Positions 31,201-46,200 are shown, numbered from the stretch's first letter. The stretch is 64,000 nucleotides of DNA from Rhynchopus sp. YZ270_cl-10 (GCA_964035575.1 OZ037839.1:1178001-1242000), one strand, 5' to 3'. The notes: a model not told the origin generated them from the sequence alone. Translations and numbers: made by a program.

Positions 31201-34200
31201 GCGCGTTTTCCTCAAAAGAACGCGTTTCGATGAAAGCGGCGCGTTTTCCTCAAAAGAACGCGTTTCGATGAAAGCGGCGCGTTTTTCTCAAAAGAACGCG
31301 TTTCGGTGAAAGCGGCGCGTTTTCCTCAAAAGAACGCGTTTCGGTGAAAGCGGCGCGTTTTCCTCAAAAGAACGCGTTTCGATGAAAGCGGCGCGTTTTC
31401 CTCAAAAGAACGCGTTTCGGTGAAAGCGGCGCGTTTTCCTCAAAAGAACGCGTTTCGGTGAAAGCGGCGCGTTTTCCTCAAAAGAACGCGTTTCGGTGAA
31501 AGCGTCGCGTTTTTCTCAAAAGAACGCGTTTCGATGAAAGCGGCACGTTTTTCTCAAAAGAACGCGTTTCGATGAAAGCGGCACGTTTTTCACAAAAGAA
31601 CGCGTTTCGGTGAAAGCGGCGCGTTTTCCTCAAAAGAACGCGTTTCGGTGAAAGCGGCGCGTTTTTCTCAAAAGAACGCGTTTCGGTGAAAGCGTCGCGT
31701 TTTTCTCAAAAGAACGCGTTTCGATGAAAGCGGCGCGTTTTCCTCAAAAGAACGCGTTTCGATGAAAGCGGCGCGTTTTGCTCAAAAGAACGCGTTTCGG
31801 TGAAAGCGGCGCGTTTTTCTCAAAAGAACGCGTTTCGATGAAAGCGGCGCGTTTTCCTCAAAAGAACGCGTTTCGATGAAAGCGGCGCGTTTTTCTCAAA
31901 AGAACGCGTTTCGGTGAAAGCGGCGCGTTTTCCTCAAAAGAACGCGTTTCGATGAAAGCGGCGCGTTTTTCTCAAAAGAACGCGTTTCGATGAAAGCGGC
32001 GCGTTTTTCTCAAAAGAACGCGTTTCGGTGAAAGCGGCGCGTTTTTCTCAAAAGAACGCGTTTCGATGAAAGCGTCGCGTTTTCCTCAAAAGAACGCGTT
32101 TCGGTGAAAGCGGCGCGTTTTTCTCAAAAGAACGCGTTTCGATGAAAGCGGCGCGTTTTCCTCAAAAGAACGCGTTTCGGTGAAAGCGTCGCGTTTTTCT
32201 CAAAAGAACGCGTTTCGGTGAAAGCGGCGCGTTTTTCTCAAAAGAACGCGTTTCGGTGAAAGCGGCGTGTTTTCCTCAAAAGAACGCGTTTCGGTGAAAG
32301 CGGCGCGTTTTCCTCAAAAGAACGCGTTTCGATGAAAGCGTCGCGTTTTTCTCAAAAGAACGCGTTTCGATGAAAGCGGCGCGTTTTCCTCAAAAGAACG
32401 CGTTTCGATGAAAGCGGCGCGTTTTCCTCAAAAGAACGCGTTTCGATGAAAGCGGCGCGTTTTCCTCAAAAGAACGCGTTTCGATGAAAGCGGCGCGTTT
32501 TCCTCAAAAGAACGCGTTTCGATGAAAGCGGCGCGTTTTTCTCAAAAGAACGCGTTTCGATGAAAGCGGCGCGTTTTCCTCAAAAGAACGCGTTTCGATG
32601 AAAGCGGCGCGTTTTCCTCAAAAGAACGCGTTTCGATGAAAGCGGCGCGTTTTCCTCAAAAGAACGCGTTTCGATGAAAGCGTCGCGTTTTTCTCAAAAG
32701 AACGCGTTTCGATGAAAGCGGCGCGTTTTTCTCAAAAGAACGCGTTTCGATGAAAGCGGCGCGTTTTCCTCAAAAGAACGCGTTTCGATGAAAGCGGCGC
32801 GTTTTCCTCAAAAGAACGCGTTTCGATGAAAGCGGCGCGTTTTCCTCAAAAGAACGCGTTTCGATGAAAGCGGCGCGTTTTTCTCAAAAGAACGCGTTTC
32901 GATGAAAGCGGCGCGTTTTCCTCAAAAGAACGCGTTTCGATGAAAGCGTCGCGTTTTTCTCAAAAGAACGCGTTTCGATGAAAGCGGCGCGTTTTCCTCA
33001 AAAGAACGCGTTTCGATGAAAGCGGCGCGTTTTTCTCAAAAGAACGCGTTTCGATGAAAGCGGCGCGTTTTCCTCAAAAGAACGCGTTTCGATGAAAGCG
33101 GCGCGTTTTCCTCAAAAGAACGCGTTTCGATGAAAGCGGCGCGTTTTCCTCAAAAGAACGCGTTTCGATGAAAGCGGCGCGTTTTCCTCAAAAGAACGCG
33201 TTTCGATGAAAGCGTCGCGTTTTTCTCAAAAGAACGCGTTTCGATGAAAGCGGCGCGTTTTCCTCAAAAGAACGCGTTTCGATGAAAGCGGCGCGTTTTC
33301 CTCAAAAGAACGCGTTTCGATGAAAGCGGCGCGTTTTCCTCAAAAGAACGCGTTTCGATGAAAGCGGCGCGTTTTCCTCAAAAGAACGCGTTTCGATGAA
33401 AGCGGCGCGTTTTTCTCAAAAGAACGCGTTTCGATGAAAGCGGCGCGTTTTCCTCAAAAGAACGCGTTTCGATGAAAGCGGCGCGTTTTCCTCAAAAGAA
33501 CGCGTTTCGATGAAAGCGGCGCGTTTTCCTCAAAAGAACGCGTTTCGATGAAAGCGTCGCGTTTTTCTCAAAAGAACGCGTTTCGATGAAAGCGGCGCGT
33601 TTTTCTCAAAAGAACGCGTTTCGATGAAAGCGGCGCGTTTTCCTCAAAAGAACGCGTTTCGATGAAAGCGGCGCGTTTTCCTCAAAAGAACGCGTTTCGA
33701 TGAAAGCGGCGCGTTTTCCTCAAAAGAACGCGTTTCGATGAAAGCGGCGCGTTTTTCTCAAAAGAACGCGTTTCGATGAAAGCGGCGCGTTTTCCTCAAA
33801 AGAACGCGTTTCGATGAAAGCGGCGCGTTTTCCTCAAAAGAACGCGTTTCGATGAAAGCGGCGCGTTTTCCTCAAAAGAACGCGTTTCGATGAAAGCGTC
33901 GCGTTTTTCTCAAAAGAACGCGTTTCGATGAAAGCGGCGCGTTTTCCTCAAAAGAACGCGTTTCGATGAAAGCGGCGCGTTTTCCTCAAAAGAACGCGTT
34001 TCGATGAAAGCGGCGCGTTTTTCTCAAAAGAACGCGTTTCGATGAAAGCGGCGCGTTTTCCTCAAAAGAACGCGTTTCGATGAAAGCGGCGCGTTTTCCT
34101 CAAAAGAACGCGTTTCGATGAAAGCGGCGCGTTTTCCTCAAAAGAACGCGTTTCGATGAAAGCGTCGCGTTTTTCTCAAAAGAACGCGTTTCGATGAAAG

Positions 34201-37200
34201 CGGCGCGTTTTCCTCAAAAGAACGCGTTTCGATGAAAGCGGCGCGTTTTCCTCAAAAGAACGCGTTTCGATGAAAGCGGCGCGTTTTCCTCAAAAGAACG
34301 CGTTTCGATGAAAGCGGCGCGTTTTTCTCAAAAGAACGCGTTTCGATGAAAGCGGCGCGTTTTCCTCAAAAGAACGCGTTTCGGTGAAAGCGGCGCGTTT
34401 TTCTCAAAAGAACGCGTTTCGGTGAAAGCGTCGCGTTTTCCTCAAAAGAACGCGTTTCGATGAAAGCGGCGCGTTTTCCTCAAAAGAACGCGTTTCGGTG
34501 AAAGCGGCGCGTTTTTCTCAAAAGAACGCGTTTCGGTGAAAGCGTCGCGTTTTCCTCAAAAGAACGCGTTTCGATGAAAGCGGCGCGTTTTTCTCAAAAG
34601 AACGCGTTTCGGTGAAAGCGGCGCGTTTTTCTCAAAAGAACGCGTTTCGATGAAAGCGGCGCGTTTTTCTCAAAAGAACGCGTTTCGGTGAAAGCGGCGC
34701 GTTTTTCTCAAAAGAACGCGTTTCGATGAAAGCGGCGCGTTTCCTCAAAAGAACGCGTTTCGATGAAAGCGGCGCGTTTTTCTCAAAAGAACGCGTTTCG
34801 GTGAAAGCGGCGCGTTTTTCTCAAAAGAACGCGTTTCGATGAAAGCGGCGCGTTTTTCTCAAAAGAACGCGTTTCGATGAAAGCGGCGCGTTTTTCTCAA
34901 AAGAACGCGTTTCGGTGAAAGCGGAGGGTTTTCCTCAAAAGAACGCGTTTCGCTGAAAGCGGCGCGTTTCCTCAAAAGAACGCGTTTCGATGAAAGCGGC
35001 GCGTTTTTCTCAAAAGAACGCGTTTCGGTGAAAGCGGCGCGTTTTTCTCAAAAGAACGCGTTTCGATGAAAGCGGCGCGTTTTTCTCAAAAGAACGCGTT
35101 TCGATGAAAGCGGCGCGTTTTCCTCAAAAGAACGCGTTTCGATGAAAGCGGCGCGTTTTGCTCAAAAGAACGCGTTTCGGTGAAAGCGGCGCGTTTTTCT
35201 CAAAAGAACGCGTTTCGGTGAAAGCGGCGCGTTTTTCTCAAAAGAACGCGTTTCGATGAAAGCGGCGCGTTTTTCTCAAAAGAACGCGTTTCGATGAAAG
35301 CGGCGCGTTTTGCTCAAAAGAACGCGTTTCGGTGAAAGCGGCGCGTTTTTCTCAAAAGAACGCGTTTCGATGAAAGCGGCGCGTTTTTCTCAAAAGAACG
35401 CGTTTCGGTGAAAGCGGAGGGTTTTCCTCAAAAGAACGCGTTTCGCTGAAAGCGGCGCGTTTCCTCAAAAGAACGCGTTTCGATGAAAGCGGCGCGTTTT
35501 TCTCAAAAGAACGCGTTTCGGTGAAAGCGGCGCGTTTTTCTCAAAAGAACGCGTTTCGATGAAAGCGGCGCGTTTTTCTCAAAAGAACGCGTTTCGATGA
35601 AAGCGGCGCGTTTTCCTCAAAAGAACGCGTTTCGATGAAAGCGGCGCGTTTTGCTCAAAAGAACGCGTTTCGGTGAAAGCGGCGCGTTTTTCTCAAAAGA
35701 ACGCGTTTCGGTGAAAGCGTCGCGTTTTTCTCAAAAGAACGCGTTTCGATGAAAGCGGCGCGTTTTTCTCAAAAGAACGCGTTTCGATGAAAGCGGCGCG
35801 TTTTCCTCAAAAGAACGCGTTTCGATGAAAGCGGCGCGTTTTCCTCAAAAGAACGCGTTTCGGTGAAAGCGGCGCGTTTTTCTCAAAAGAACGCGTTTCG
35901 ATGAAAGCGGCGCGTTTCCTCAAAAGAACGCGTTTCGATGAAAGCGGCGCGTTTCCTCAAAAGAACGCGTTTCGATGAAAGCGGCGCGTTTTTCTCAAAA
36001 GAACGCGTTTCGATGAAAGCGGCGCGTTTTCCTCAAAAGAACGCGTTTCGGTGAAAGCGTCGCGTTTTCCTCAAAAGAACGCGTTTCGATGAAAGCGTCG
36101 CGTTTTCCTCAAAAGAACGCGTTTCGATGAAAGCGGCGCGTTTTTCTCAAAAGAACGCGTTTCGGTGAAAGCGGCGCGTTTTCCTCAAAAGAACGCGTTT
36201 CGGTGAAAGCGTCGCGTTTTCCTCAAAAGAACGCGTTTCGATGAAAGCGTCGCGTTTTCCTCAAAAGAACGCGTTTCGATGAAAGCGGCGCGTTTTTCTC
36301 AAAAGAATGCGTTTCGGTGAAAGCGGCGCGTTTTTCTCAAAAGAACGCGTTTCGGTGAAAGCGTCGCGTTTTCCTCAAAAGAACGCGTTTCGATGAAAGC
36401 GGCGCGTTTTTCTCAAAAGAACGCGTTTCGGTGAAAGCGGCGCGTTTTCCTCAAAAGAACGCGTTTCGATGAAAGCGTCGCGTTTTCCTCAAAAGAACGC
36501 GTTTCGGTGAAAGCGGCGCGTTTTTCTCAAAAGAACGCGTTTCGATGAAAGCGGCGCGTTTTTCTCAAAAGAACGCGTTTCGATGAAAGCGGCGCGTTTT
36601 CCTCAAAAGAACGCGTTTCGATGAAAGCGGCGCGTTTTTCTCAAAAGAACGCGTTTCGATGAAAGCGGCGCGTTTTCCTCAAAAGAACGCGTTTCGATGA
36701 AAGCGGCGCGTATTTCTCAAAAGAACGCGTTTCGATGAAAGCGGCGCGTTTTTCTCAAAAGAACGCGTTTCGGTGAAAGCGGCGCGTTTTTCTCAAAAGA
36801 ACGCGTTTCGATGAAAGCGGCGCGTTTTTCTCAAAAGAACGCGTTTCGGTGAAAGCGGCGCGTTTTCCTCAAAAGAACGCGTTTCGATGAAAGCGTCGCG
36901 TTTTTCTCAAAAGAACGCGTTTAGATGAAAGCGGCGCGTTTTCCTCAAAAGAACGCGTTTAGGTGAAAGCGTCGCGTTTTCCTCAAAAGAACGCGTTTCG
37001 GTGAAAGCGGCGTGTTTTCCTCAAAAGAACGCGTTTCGATGAAAGCGGCGCGTTTTCCTCAAAAGAACGCGTTTCGGTGAAAGCGGCGCGTTTTTCTCAA
37101 AAGAACGCGTTTCGGTGAAAGCGGCGCGTTTTCCTCAAAAGAACGCGTTTCGATGAAAGCGGCGCGTTTTTCTCAAAAGAACGCGTTTCGATGAAAGCGG

Positions 37201-40200
37201 CGCGTTTTCCTCAAAAGAACGCGTTTCGATGAAAGCGGCGCGTTTTCCTCAAAAGAACGCGTTTCGGTGAAAGCGGCGCGTTTTCCTCAAAAGAACGCGT
37301 TTCGATGAAAGCGGCGCGTTTTTCTCAAAAGAACGCGTTTCGATGAAAGCGGCGCGTTTTCCTCAAAAGAACGCGTTTCGATGAAAGCGGCGCGTTTTCC
37401 TCAAAAGAACGCGTTTCGATGAAAGCGGCGCGTTTTTCTCAAAAGAACGCGTTTCGGTGAAAGCGGCGCGTTTTCCTCAAAAGAACGCGTTTCGGTGAAA
37501 GCGGCGCGTTTTCCTCAAAAGAACGCGTTTCGATGAAAGCGGCGCGTTTTCCTCAAAAGAACGCGTTTCGGTGAAAGCGGCGCGTTTTCCTCAAAAGAAC
37601 GCGTTTCGGTGAAAGCGGCGCGTTTTCCTCAAAAGAACGCGTTTCGGTGAAAGCGTCGCGTTTTTCTCAAAAGAACGCGTTTCGATGAAAGCGGCACGTT
37701 TTTCTCAAAAGAACGCGTTTCGATGAAAGCGGCGCGTTTTCCTCAAAAGAACGCGTTTCGATGAAAGCGGCGCGTTTTGCTCAAAAGAACGCGTTTCGGT
37801 GAAAGCGGCGCGTTTTTCTCAAAAGAACGCGTTTCGATGAAAGCGGCGCGTTTTCCTCAAAAGAACGCGTTTCGGTGAAAGCGGCGCGTTTTTCTCAAAA
37901 GAACGCGTTTCGATGAAAGCGTCGCGTTTTCCTCAAAAGAACGCGTTTCGATGAAAGCGGCGCGTTTTTCTCAAAAGAACGCGTTTCGATGAAAGCGGCG
38001 CGTTTTCCTCAAAAGAACGCGTTTCGATGAAAGCGGCGCGTTTTTCTCAAAAGAACGCGTTTCGATGAAAGCGGCGCGTTTTCCTCAAAAGAACGCGTTT
38101 CGGTGAAAGCGTCGCGTTTTTCTCAAAAGAACGCGTTTCGATGAAAGCGGCGCGTTTTTCTCAAAAGAACGCGTTTCGATGAAAGCGGCGCGTTTTCCTC
38201 AAAAGAACGCGTTTCGATGAAAGCGGCGCGTTTTTCTCAAAAGAACGCGTTTCGATGAAAGCGGCGCGTTTTCCTCAAAAGAACGCGTTTCGGTGAAAGC
38301 GTCGCGTTTTTCTCAAAAGAACGCGTTTCGGTGAAAGCGGCGCGTTTTTCTCAAAAGAACGCGTTTCGGTGAAAGCGGCGTGTTTTCCTCAAAAGAACGC
38401 GTTTCGGTGAAAGCGGCGCGTTTTCCTCAAAAGAACGCGTTTCGATGAAAGCGTCGCGTTTTTCTCAAAAGAACGCGTTTCGATGAAAGCGGCGCGTTTT
38501 CCTCAAAAGAACGCGTTTCGATGAAAGCGTCGCGTTTTTCTCAAAAGAACGCGTTTCGATGAAAGCGGCGCGTTTTCCTCAAAAGAACGCGTTTCGATGA
38601 AAGCGGCGCGTTTTCCTCAAAAGAACGCGTTTCGATGAAAGCGGCGCGTTTTCCTCAAAAGAACGCGTTTCGATGAAAGCGGCGCGTTTTCCTCAAAAGA
38701 ACGCGTTTCGATGAAAGCGGCGCGTTTTCCTCAAAAGAACGCGTTTCGATGAAAGCGTCGCGTTTTTCTCAAAAGAACGCGTTTCGATGAAAGCGGCGCG
38801 TTTTCCTCAAAAGAACGCGTTTCGATGAAAGCGGCGCGTTTTCCTCAAAAGAACGCGTTTCGATGAAAGCGGCGCGTTTTCCTCAAAAGAACGCGTTTCG
38901 GTGAAAGCGGCGCGTTTTTCTCAAAAGAACGCGTTTCGGTGAAAGCGGCGCGTTTTTCTCAAAAGAACGCGTTTCGATGAAAGCGGCGCGTTTTCCTCAA
39001 AAGAACGCGTTTCGATGAAAGCGGCGCGTTTTCCTCAAAAGAACGCGTTTCGATGAAAGCGGCGCGTTTTTCTCAAAAGAACGCGTTTCGATGAAAGCGG
39101 CGCGTTTTTCTCAAAAGAACGCGTTTCGATGAAAGCGGCGCGTTTTTCTCAAAAGAACGCGTTTCGATGAAAGCGGCGCGTTTTCCTCAAAAGAACGCGT
39201 TTCGATGAAAGCGGCGCGTTTTGCTCAAAAGAACGCGTTTCGGTGAAAGCGGCGCGTTTTTCTCAAAAGAACGCGTTTCGGTGAAAGCGTCGCGTTTTCC
39301 TCAAAAGAACGCGTTTCGATGAAAGCGGCGCGTTTTTCTCAAAAGAACGCGTTTCGATGAAAGCGGCGCGTTTTTCTCAAAAGAACGCGTTTCGGTGAAA
39401 GCGGCGCGTTTTCCTCAAAAGAACGCGTTTCGGTGAAAGCGGCGCGTTTTTCTCAAAAGAACGCGTTTCGATGAAAGCGGCGCGTTTTCCTCAAAAGAAC
39501 GCGTTTCGGTGAAAGCGGCGCGTTTTTCTCAAAAGAACGCGTTTCGATGAAAGCGGCGCGTTTTTCTCAAAAGAACGCGTTTCGATGAAAGCGGCGCGTT
39601 TTTCTCAAAAGAACGCGTTTCGGTGAAAGCGTCGCGTTTTTCTCAAAAGAACGCGTTTCGATGAAAGCGGCGCGTTTTTCTCAAAAGAACGCGTTTCGAT
39701 GAAAGCGGCGCGTTTTTCTCAAAAGAACGCGTTTCGGTGAAAGCGGCGCGTTTTCCTCAAAAGAACGCGTTTCGGTGAAAGCGGCGCGTTTTCCTCAAAA
39801 GAACGCGTTTCGGTGAAAGCGGCGCGTTTTTCTCAAAAGAACGCGTTTCGATGAAAGCGGCGCGTTTTTCTCAAAAGAACGCGTTTCGATGAAAGCGGCG
39901 CGTTTTTCTCAAAAGAACGCGTTTCGGTGAAAGCGGCGCGTTTTCCTCAAAAGAACGCGTTTCGATGAAAGCGTCGCGTTTTCCTCAAAAGAACGCGTTT
40001 CGATGAAAGCGGCGCGTTTTTCTCAAAAGAACGCGTTTCGATGAAAGCGGCGCGTTTTCCTCAAAAGAACGCGTTTCGATGAAAGCGGCGCGTTTTTCTC
40101 AAAAGAACGCGTTTCGATGAAAGCGGCGCGTTTTCCTCAAAAGAACGCGTTTCGGTGAAAGCGTCGCGTTTTTCTCAAAAGAACGCGTTTCGATGAAAGC

Positions 40201-43200
40201 GGCGCGTTTTTCTCAAAAGAACGCGTTTCGATGAAAGCGTCGCGTTTTCCTCAAAAGAACGCGTTTCGATGAAAGCGGCGCGTTTTTCTCAAAAGAACGC
40301 GTTTCGATGAAAGCGGCGCGTTTTCCTCAAAAGAACGCGTTTCGATGAAAGCGGCGCGTTTTTCTCAAAAGAACGCGTTTCGATGAAAGCGGCGCGTTTT
40401 CCTCAAAAGAACGCGTTTCGGTGAAAGCGTCGCGTTTTTCTCAAAAGAACGCGTTTCGGTGAAAGCGGCGCGTTTTTCTCAAAAGAACGCGTTTCGGTGA
40501 AAGCGGCGTGTTTTCCTCAAAAGAACGCGTTTCGGTGAAAGCGGCGCGTTTTCCTCAAAAGAACGCGTTTCGATGAAAGCGTCGCGTTTTTCTCAAAAGA
40601 ACGCGTTTCGATGAAAGCGGCGCGTTTTCCTCAAAAGAACGCGTTTCGATGAAAGCGTCGCGTTTTTCTCAAAAGAACGCGTTTCGATGAAAGCGGCGCG
40701 TTTTCCTCAAAAGAACGCGTTTCGATGAAAGCGGCGCGTTTTCCTCAAAAGAACGCGTTTCGATGAAAGCGGCGCGTTTTCCTCAAAAGAACGCGTTTCG
40801 ATGAAAGCGGCGCGTTTTCCTCAAAAGAACGCGTTTCGATGAAAGCGGCGCGTTTTCCTCAAAAGAACGCGTTTCGATGAAAGCGTCGCGTTTTTCTCAA
40901 AAGAACGCGTTTCGATGAAAGCGGCGCGTTTTCCTCAAAAGAACGCGTTTCGATGAAAGCGGCGCGTTTTCCTCAAAAGAACGCGTTTCGATGAAAGCGG
41001 CGCGTTTTCCTCAAAAGAACGCGTTTCGGTGAAAGCGGCGCGTTTTTCTCAAAAGAACGCGTTTCGATGAAAGCGGCGCGTTTTCCTCAAAAGAACGCGT
41101 TTCGATGAAAGCGGCGCGTTTTCCTCAAAAGAACGCGTTTCGATGAAAGCGGCGCGTTTTTCTCAAAAGAACGCGTTTCGATGAAAGCGGCGCGTTTTTC
41201 TCAAAAGAACGCGTTTCGATGAAAGCGGCGCGTTTTTCTCAAAAGAACGCGTTTCGATGAAAGCGGCGCGTTTTCCTCAAAAGAACGCGTTTCGATGAAA
41301 GCGGCGCGTTTTGCTCAAAAGAACGCGTTTCGGTGAAAGCGGCGCGTTTTTCTCAAAAGAACGCGTTTCGGTGAAAGCGTCGCGTTTTCCTCAAAAGAAC
41401 GCGTTTCGATGAAAGCGGCGCGTTTTTCTCAAAAGAACGCGTTTCGATGAAAGCGGCGCGTTTTTCTCAAAAGAACGCGTTTCGGTGAAAGCGGCGCGTT
41501 TTCCTCAAAAGAACGCGTTTCGGTGAAAGCGGCGCGTTTTTCTCAAAAGAACGCGTTTCGATGAAAGCGGCGCGTTTTCCTCAAAAGAACGCGTTTCGGT
41601 GAAAGCGGCGCGTTTTTCTCAAAAGAACGCGTTTCGATGAAAGCGGCGCGTTTTTCTCAAAAGAACGCGTTTCGATGAAAGCGGCGCGTTTTTCTCAAAA
41701 GAACGCGTTTCGGTGAAAGCGTCGCGTTTTTCTCAAAAGAACGCGTTTCGATGAAAGCGGCGCGTTTTTCTCAAAAGAACGCGTTTCGATGAAAGCGGCG
41801 CGTTTTTCTCAAAAGAACGCGTTTCGGTGAAAGCGGCGCGTTTTCCTCAAAAGAACGCGTTTCGGTGAAAGCGGCGCGTTTTCCTCAAAAGAACGCGTTT
41901 CGGTGAAAGCGGCGCGTTTTTCTCAAAAGAACGCGTTTCGATGAAAGCGGCGCGTTTTTCTCAAAAGAACGCGTTTCGGTGAAAGCGGCGCGTTTTTCTC
42001 AAAAGAACGCGTTTCGATGAAAGCGGCGCGTTTTTCTCAAAAGAACGCGTTTCGGTGAAAGCGGCGCGTTTTCCTCAAAAGAACGCGTTTCGATGAAAGC
42101 GTCGCGTTTTCCTCAAAAGAACGCGTTTCGATGAAAGCGGCGCGTTTTTCTCAAAAGAACGCGTTTCGATGAAAGCGGCGCGTTTTCCTCAAAAGAACGC
42201 GTTTCGGTGAAAGCGTCGCGTTTTTCTCAAAAGAACGCGTTTCGGTGAAAGCGGCGCGTTTTTCTCAAAAGAACGCGTTTCGGTGAAAGCGGCGTGTTTT
42301 CCTCAAAAGAACGCGTTTCGGTGAAAGCGGCGCGTTTTCCTCAAAAGAACGCGTTTCGATGAAAGCGTCGCGTTTTTCTCAAAAGAACGCGTTTCGATGA
42401 AAGCGGCGCGTTTTCCTCAAAAGAACGCGTTTCGATGAAAGCGGCGCGTTTTCCTCAAAAGAACGCGTTTCGATGAAAGCGGCGCGTTTTGCTCAAAAGA
42501 ACGCGTTTCGATGAAAGCGGCGCGTTTTCCTCAAAAGAACGCGTTTCGGTGAAAGCGGCGCGTTTTTCTCAAAAGAACGCGTTTCGATGAAAGCGGCGCG
42601 TTTTTCTCAAAAGAACGCGTTTCGATGAAAGCGGCGCGTTTTTCTCAAAAGAACGCGTTTCGGTGAAAGCGTCGCGTTTTTCTCAAAAGAACGCGTTTCG
42701 ATGAAAGCGGCGCGTTTTTCTCAAAAGAACGCGTTTCGATGAAAGCGGCGCGTTTTTCTCAAAAGAACGCGTTTCGGTGAAAGCGGCGCGTTTTCCTCAA
42801 AAGAACGCGTTTCGGTGAAAGCGGCGCGTTTTTCTCAAAAGAACGCGTTTCGATGAAAGCGGCGCGTTTTTCTCAAAAGAACGCGTTTCGGTGAAAGCGG
42901 CGCGTTTTTCTCAAAAGAACGCGTTTCGATGAAAGCGGCGCGTTTTTCTCAAAAGAACGCGTTTCGGTGAAAGCGGCGCGTTTTCCTCAAAAGAACGCGT
43001 TTCGGTGAAAGCGGCGCGTTTTTCTCAAAAGAACGCGTTTCGATGAAAGCGGCGCGTTTTTCTCAAAAGAACGCGTTTCGGTGAAAGCGGCGCGTTTTCC
43101 TCAAAAGAACGCGTTTCGGTGAAAGCGGCGCGTTTTTCTCAAAAGAACGCGTTTCGATGAAAGCGGCGCGTTTTCCTCAAAAGAACGCGTTTCGGTGAAA

Positions 43201-46200
43201 GCGGCGCGTTTTTCTCAAAAGAACGCGTTTCGATGAAAGCGTCGCGTTTTCCTCAAAAGAACGCGTTTCGATGAAAGCGGCGCGTTTTTCTCAAAAGAAC
43301 GCGTTTCGGTGAAAGCGTCGCGTTTTCCTCAAAAGAACGCGTTTCGATGAAAGCGGCGCGTTTTTCTCAAAAGAACGCGTTTCGATGAAAGCGGCGCGTT
43401 TTTCTCAAAAGAACGCCTTTCGATGAAAGCGGCGCGTTTTCCTCAAAAGAACGCGTTTCGATGAAAGCGGCGCGTTTTTCTCAAAAGAACGCGTTTCGGT
43501 GAAAGCGGCGCGTTTTTCTCAAAAGAACGCGTTTCGATGAAAGCGGCGCGTTTTCCTCAAAAGAACGCGTTTCGATGAAAGCGGCGCGTTTTCCTCAAAA
43601 GAACGCGTTTCGATGAAAGCGGCGCGTTTTTCTCAAAAGAACGCGTTTCGGTGAAAGCGGCGCGTTTTCCTCAAAAGAACGCGTTTCGGTGAAAGCGGCG
43701 CGTTTTCCTCAAAAGAACGCGTTTCGGTGAAAGCGGCGCGTTTTCCTCAAAAGAACGCGTTTCGATGAAAGCGGCGCGTTTCCTCAAAAGAACGCGTTTC
43801 GATGAAAGCGGCGCGTTTTCCTCAAAAGAACGCGTTTCGGTGAAAGCGCGTTTTTCTCAAAAGAACGTGTTTCGATGAAAGCGGCGCGTTTTCCTCAAAA
43901 GAACGTGTTTCGATGAAAGCGGCGCGCTTTTCTCAAAAGAACGCGTTTCGATGAAAGCGGCGCGTTTTCCTCAAAAGAACGCGTTTCGATGAAAGCGGCG
44001 CGTTTTTCTCAAAAGAACGCGTTTCGATGAAAGCGGCGCGTTTTTCTCAAAAGAACGCGTTTCGATGAAAGCGGCGCGTTTTCCTCAAAAGAACGCGTTT
44101 CGATGAAAGCGGCGCGTTTTTCTCAAAAGAACGCGTTTCGATGAAAGCGGCGCGTTTTTCTCAAAAGAACGCGTTTCGATGAAAGCGGCGCGTTTTTCTC
44201 AAAAGAACGCGTTTCGATGAAAGCGGCGCGTTTCCTCAAAAGAACGCGTTTCGATGAAAGCGGCGCGTTTTCCTCAAAAGAACGCGTTTCGGTGAAAGCG
44301 TCGCGTTTTCCTCAAAAGAACGCGTTTCGATGAAAGCGTCGCGTTTTCCTCAAAAGAACGCGTTTCGGTGAAAGCGGCGCGTTTTTCTCAAAAGAATCCG
44401 TTTCGGTGAAAGCGGCGCGTTTTCCTCAAAAGAACGCGTTTCGGTGAAAGCGTCGCGTTTTCCTCAAAAGAACGCGTTTCGATGAAAGCGTCGCGTTTTC
44501 CTCAAAAGAACGCGTTTCGATGAAAGCGGCGCGTTTTTCTCAAAAGAACGCGTTTCGGTGAAAGCGGCGCGTTTTTCTCAAAAGAACGCGTTTCGGTGAA
44601 AGCGGCGCGTTTTTCTCAAAAGAACGCGTTTCGGTGAAAGCGGAGGGTTTTCCTCAGAAGAACGCGTTTCGCTGAAAGCGGCGCGTTTCCTCAAAAGAAC
44701 GCGTTTCGATGAAAGCGGCGCGTTATTCTCAAAAGAACGCGTTTCGGTGAAAGCGGCGCGTTTTTCTCAAAAGAACGCGTTTCGATGAAAGCGTCGCGTT
44801 TTCCTCAAAAGAACGCGTTTCGATGAAAGCGGCGCGTTTTTCTCAAAAGAACGCGTTTCGGTGAAAGCGTCGCGTTTTTCTCAAAAGAACGCGTTTCGAT
44901 GAAAGCGGCGCGTTTTTCTCAAAAGAACGCGTTTCGATGAAAGCGGCGCGTTTTTCTCAAAAGAACGCGTTTCGATGAAAGCGGCGCGTTTTTCTCAAAA
45001 GAACGCGTTTCGATGAAAGCGGCGCGTTTTCCTCAAAAGAACGCGTTTCGGTGAAAGCGGCGCGTTTTTCTCAAAAGAACGCGTTTCGATGAAAGCGGCG
45101 CGTTTTTCTCAAAAGAACGCGTTTCGATGAAAGCGGCGCGTTTTTCTCAAAAGAACGCGTTTCGGTGAAAGCGGCGCGTTTTTCTCAAAAGAACGCGTTT
45201 CGATGAAAGCGGCGCGTTTTTCTCAAAAGAACGCGTTTCGGTGAAAGCGGCGCGTTTTCCTCAAAAGAACGCGTTTCGATGAAAGCGTCGCGTTTTCCTC
45301 AAAAGAACGCGTTTCGATGAAAGCGGCGCGTTTTTCTCAAAAGAACGCGTTTCGATGAAAGCGGCGCGTTTTCCTCAAAAGAACGCGTTTCGGTGAAAGC
45401 GTCGCGTTTTTCTCAAAAGAACGCGTTTCGGTGAAAGCGGCGCGTTTTTCTCAAAAGAACGCGTTTCGGTGAAAGCGGCGTGTTTTCCTCAAAAGAACGC
45501 GTTTCGGTGAAAGCGGCGCGTTTTCCTCAAAAGAACGCGTTTCGATGAAAGCGGCGCGTTTTCCTCAAAAGAACGCGTTTCGATGAAAGCGGCGCGTTTT
45601 CCTCAAAAGAACGCGTTTCGATGAAAGCGGCGCGTTTTGCTCAAAAGAACGCGTTTCGATGAAAGCGGCGCGTTTTCCTCAAAAGAACGCGTTTCGGTGA
45701 AAGCGGCGCGTTTTTCTCAAAAGAACGCGTTTCGATGAAAGCGGCGCGTTTTTCTCAAAAGAACGCGTTTCGATGAAAGCGGCGCGTTTTTCTCAAAAGA
45801 ACGCGTTTCGGTGAAAGCGTCGCGTTTTTCTCAAAAGAACGCGTTTCGATGAAAGCGGCGCGTTTTTCTCAAAAGAACGCGTTTCGATGAAAGCGGCGCG
45901 TTTTTCTCAAAAGAACGCGTTTCGGTGAAAGCGGCGCGTTTTCCTCAAAAGAACGCGTTTCGGTGAAAGCGGCGCGTTTTTCTCAAAAGAACGCGTTTCG
46001 ATGAAAGCGGCGCGTTTTTCTCAAAAGAACGCGTTTCGGTGAAAGCGGCGCGTTTTTCTCAAAAGAACGCGTTTCGATGAAAGCGGCGCGTTTTTCTCAA
46101 AAGAACGCGTTTCGGTGAAAGCGGCGCGTTTTCCTCAAAAGAACGCGTTTCGGTGAAAGCGGCGCGTTTTTCTCAAAAGAACGCGTTTCGATGAAAGCGG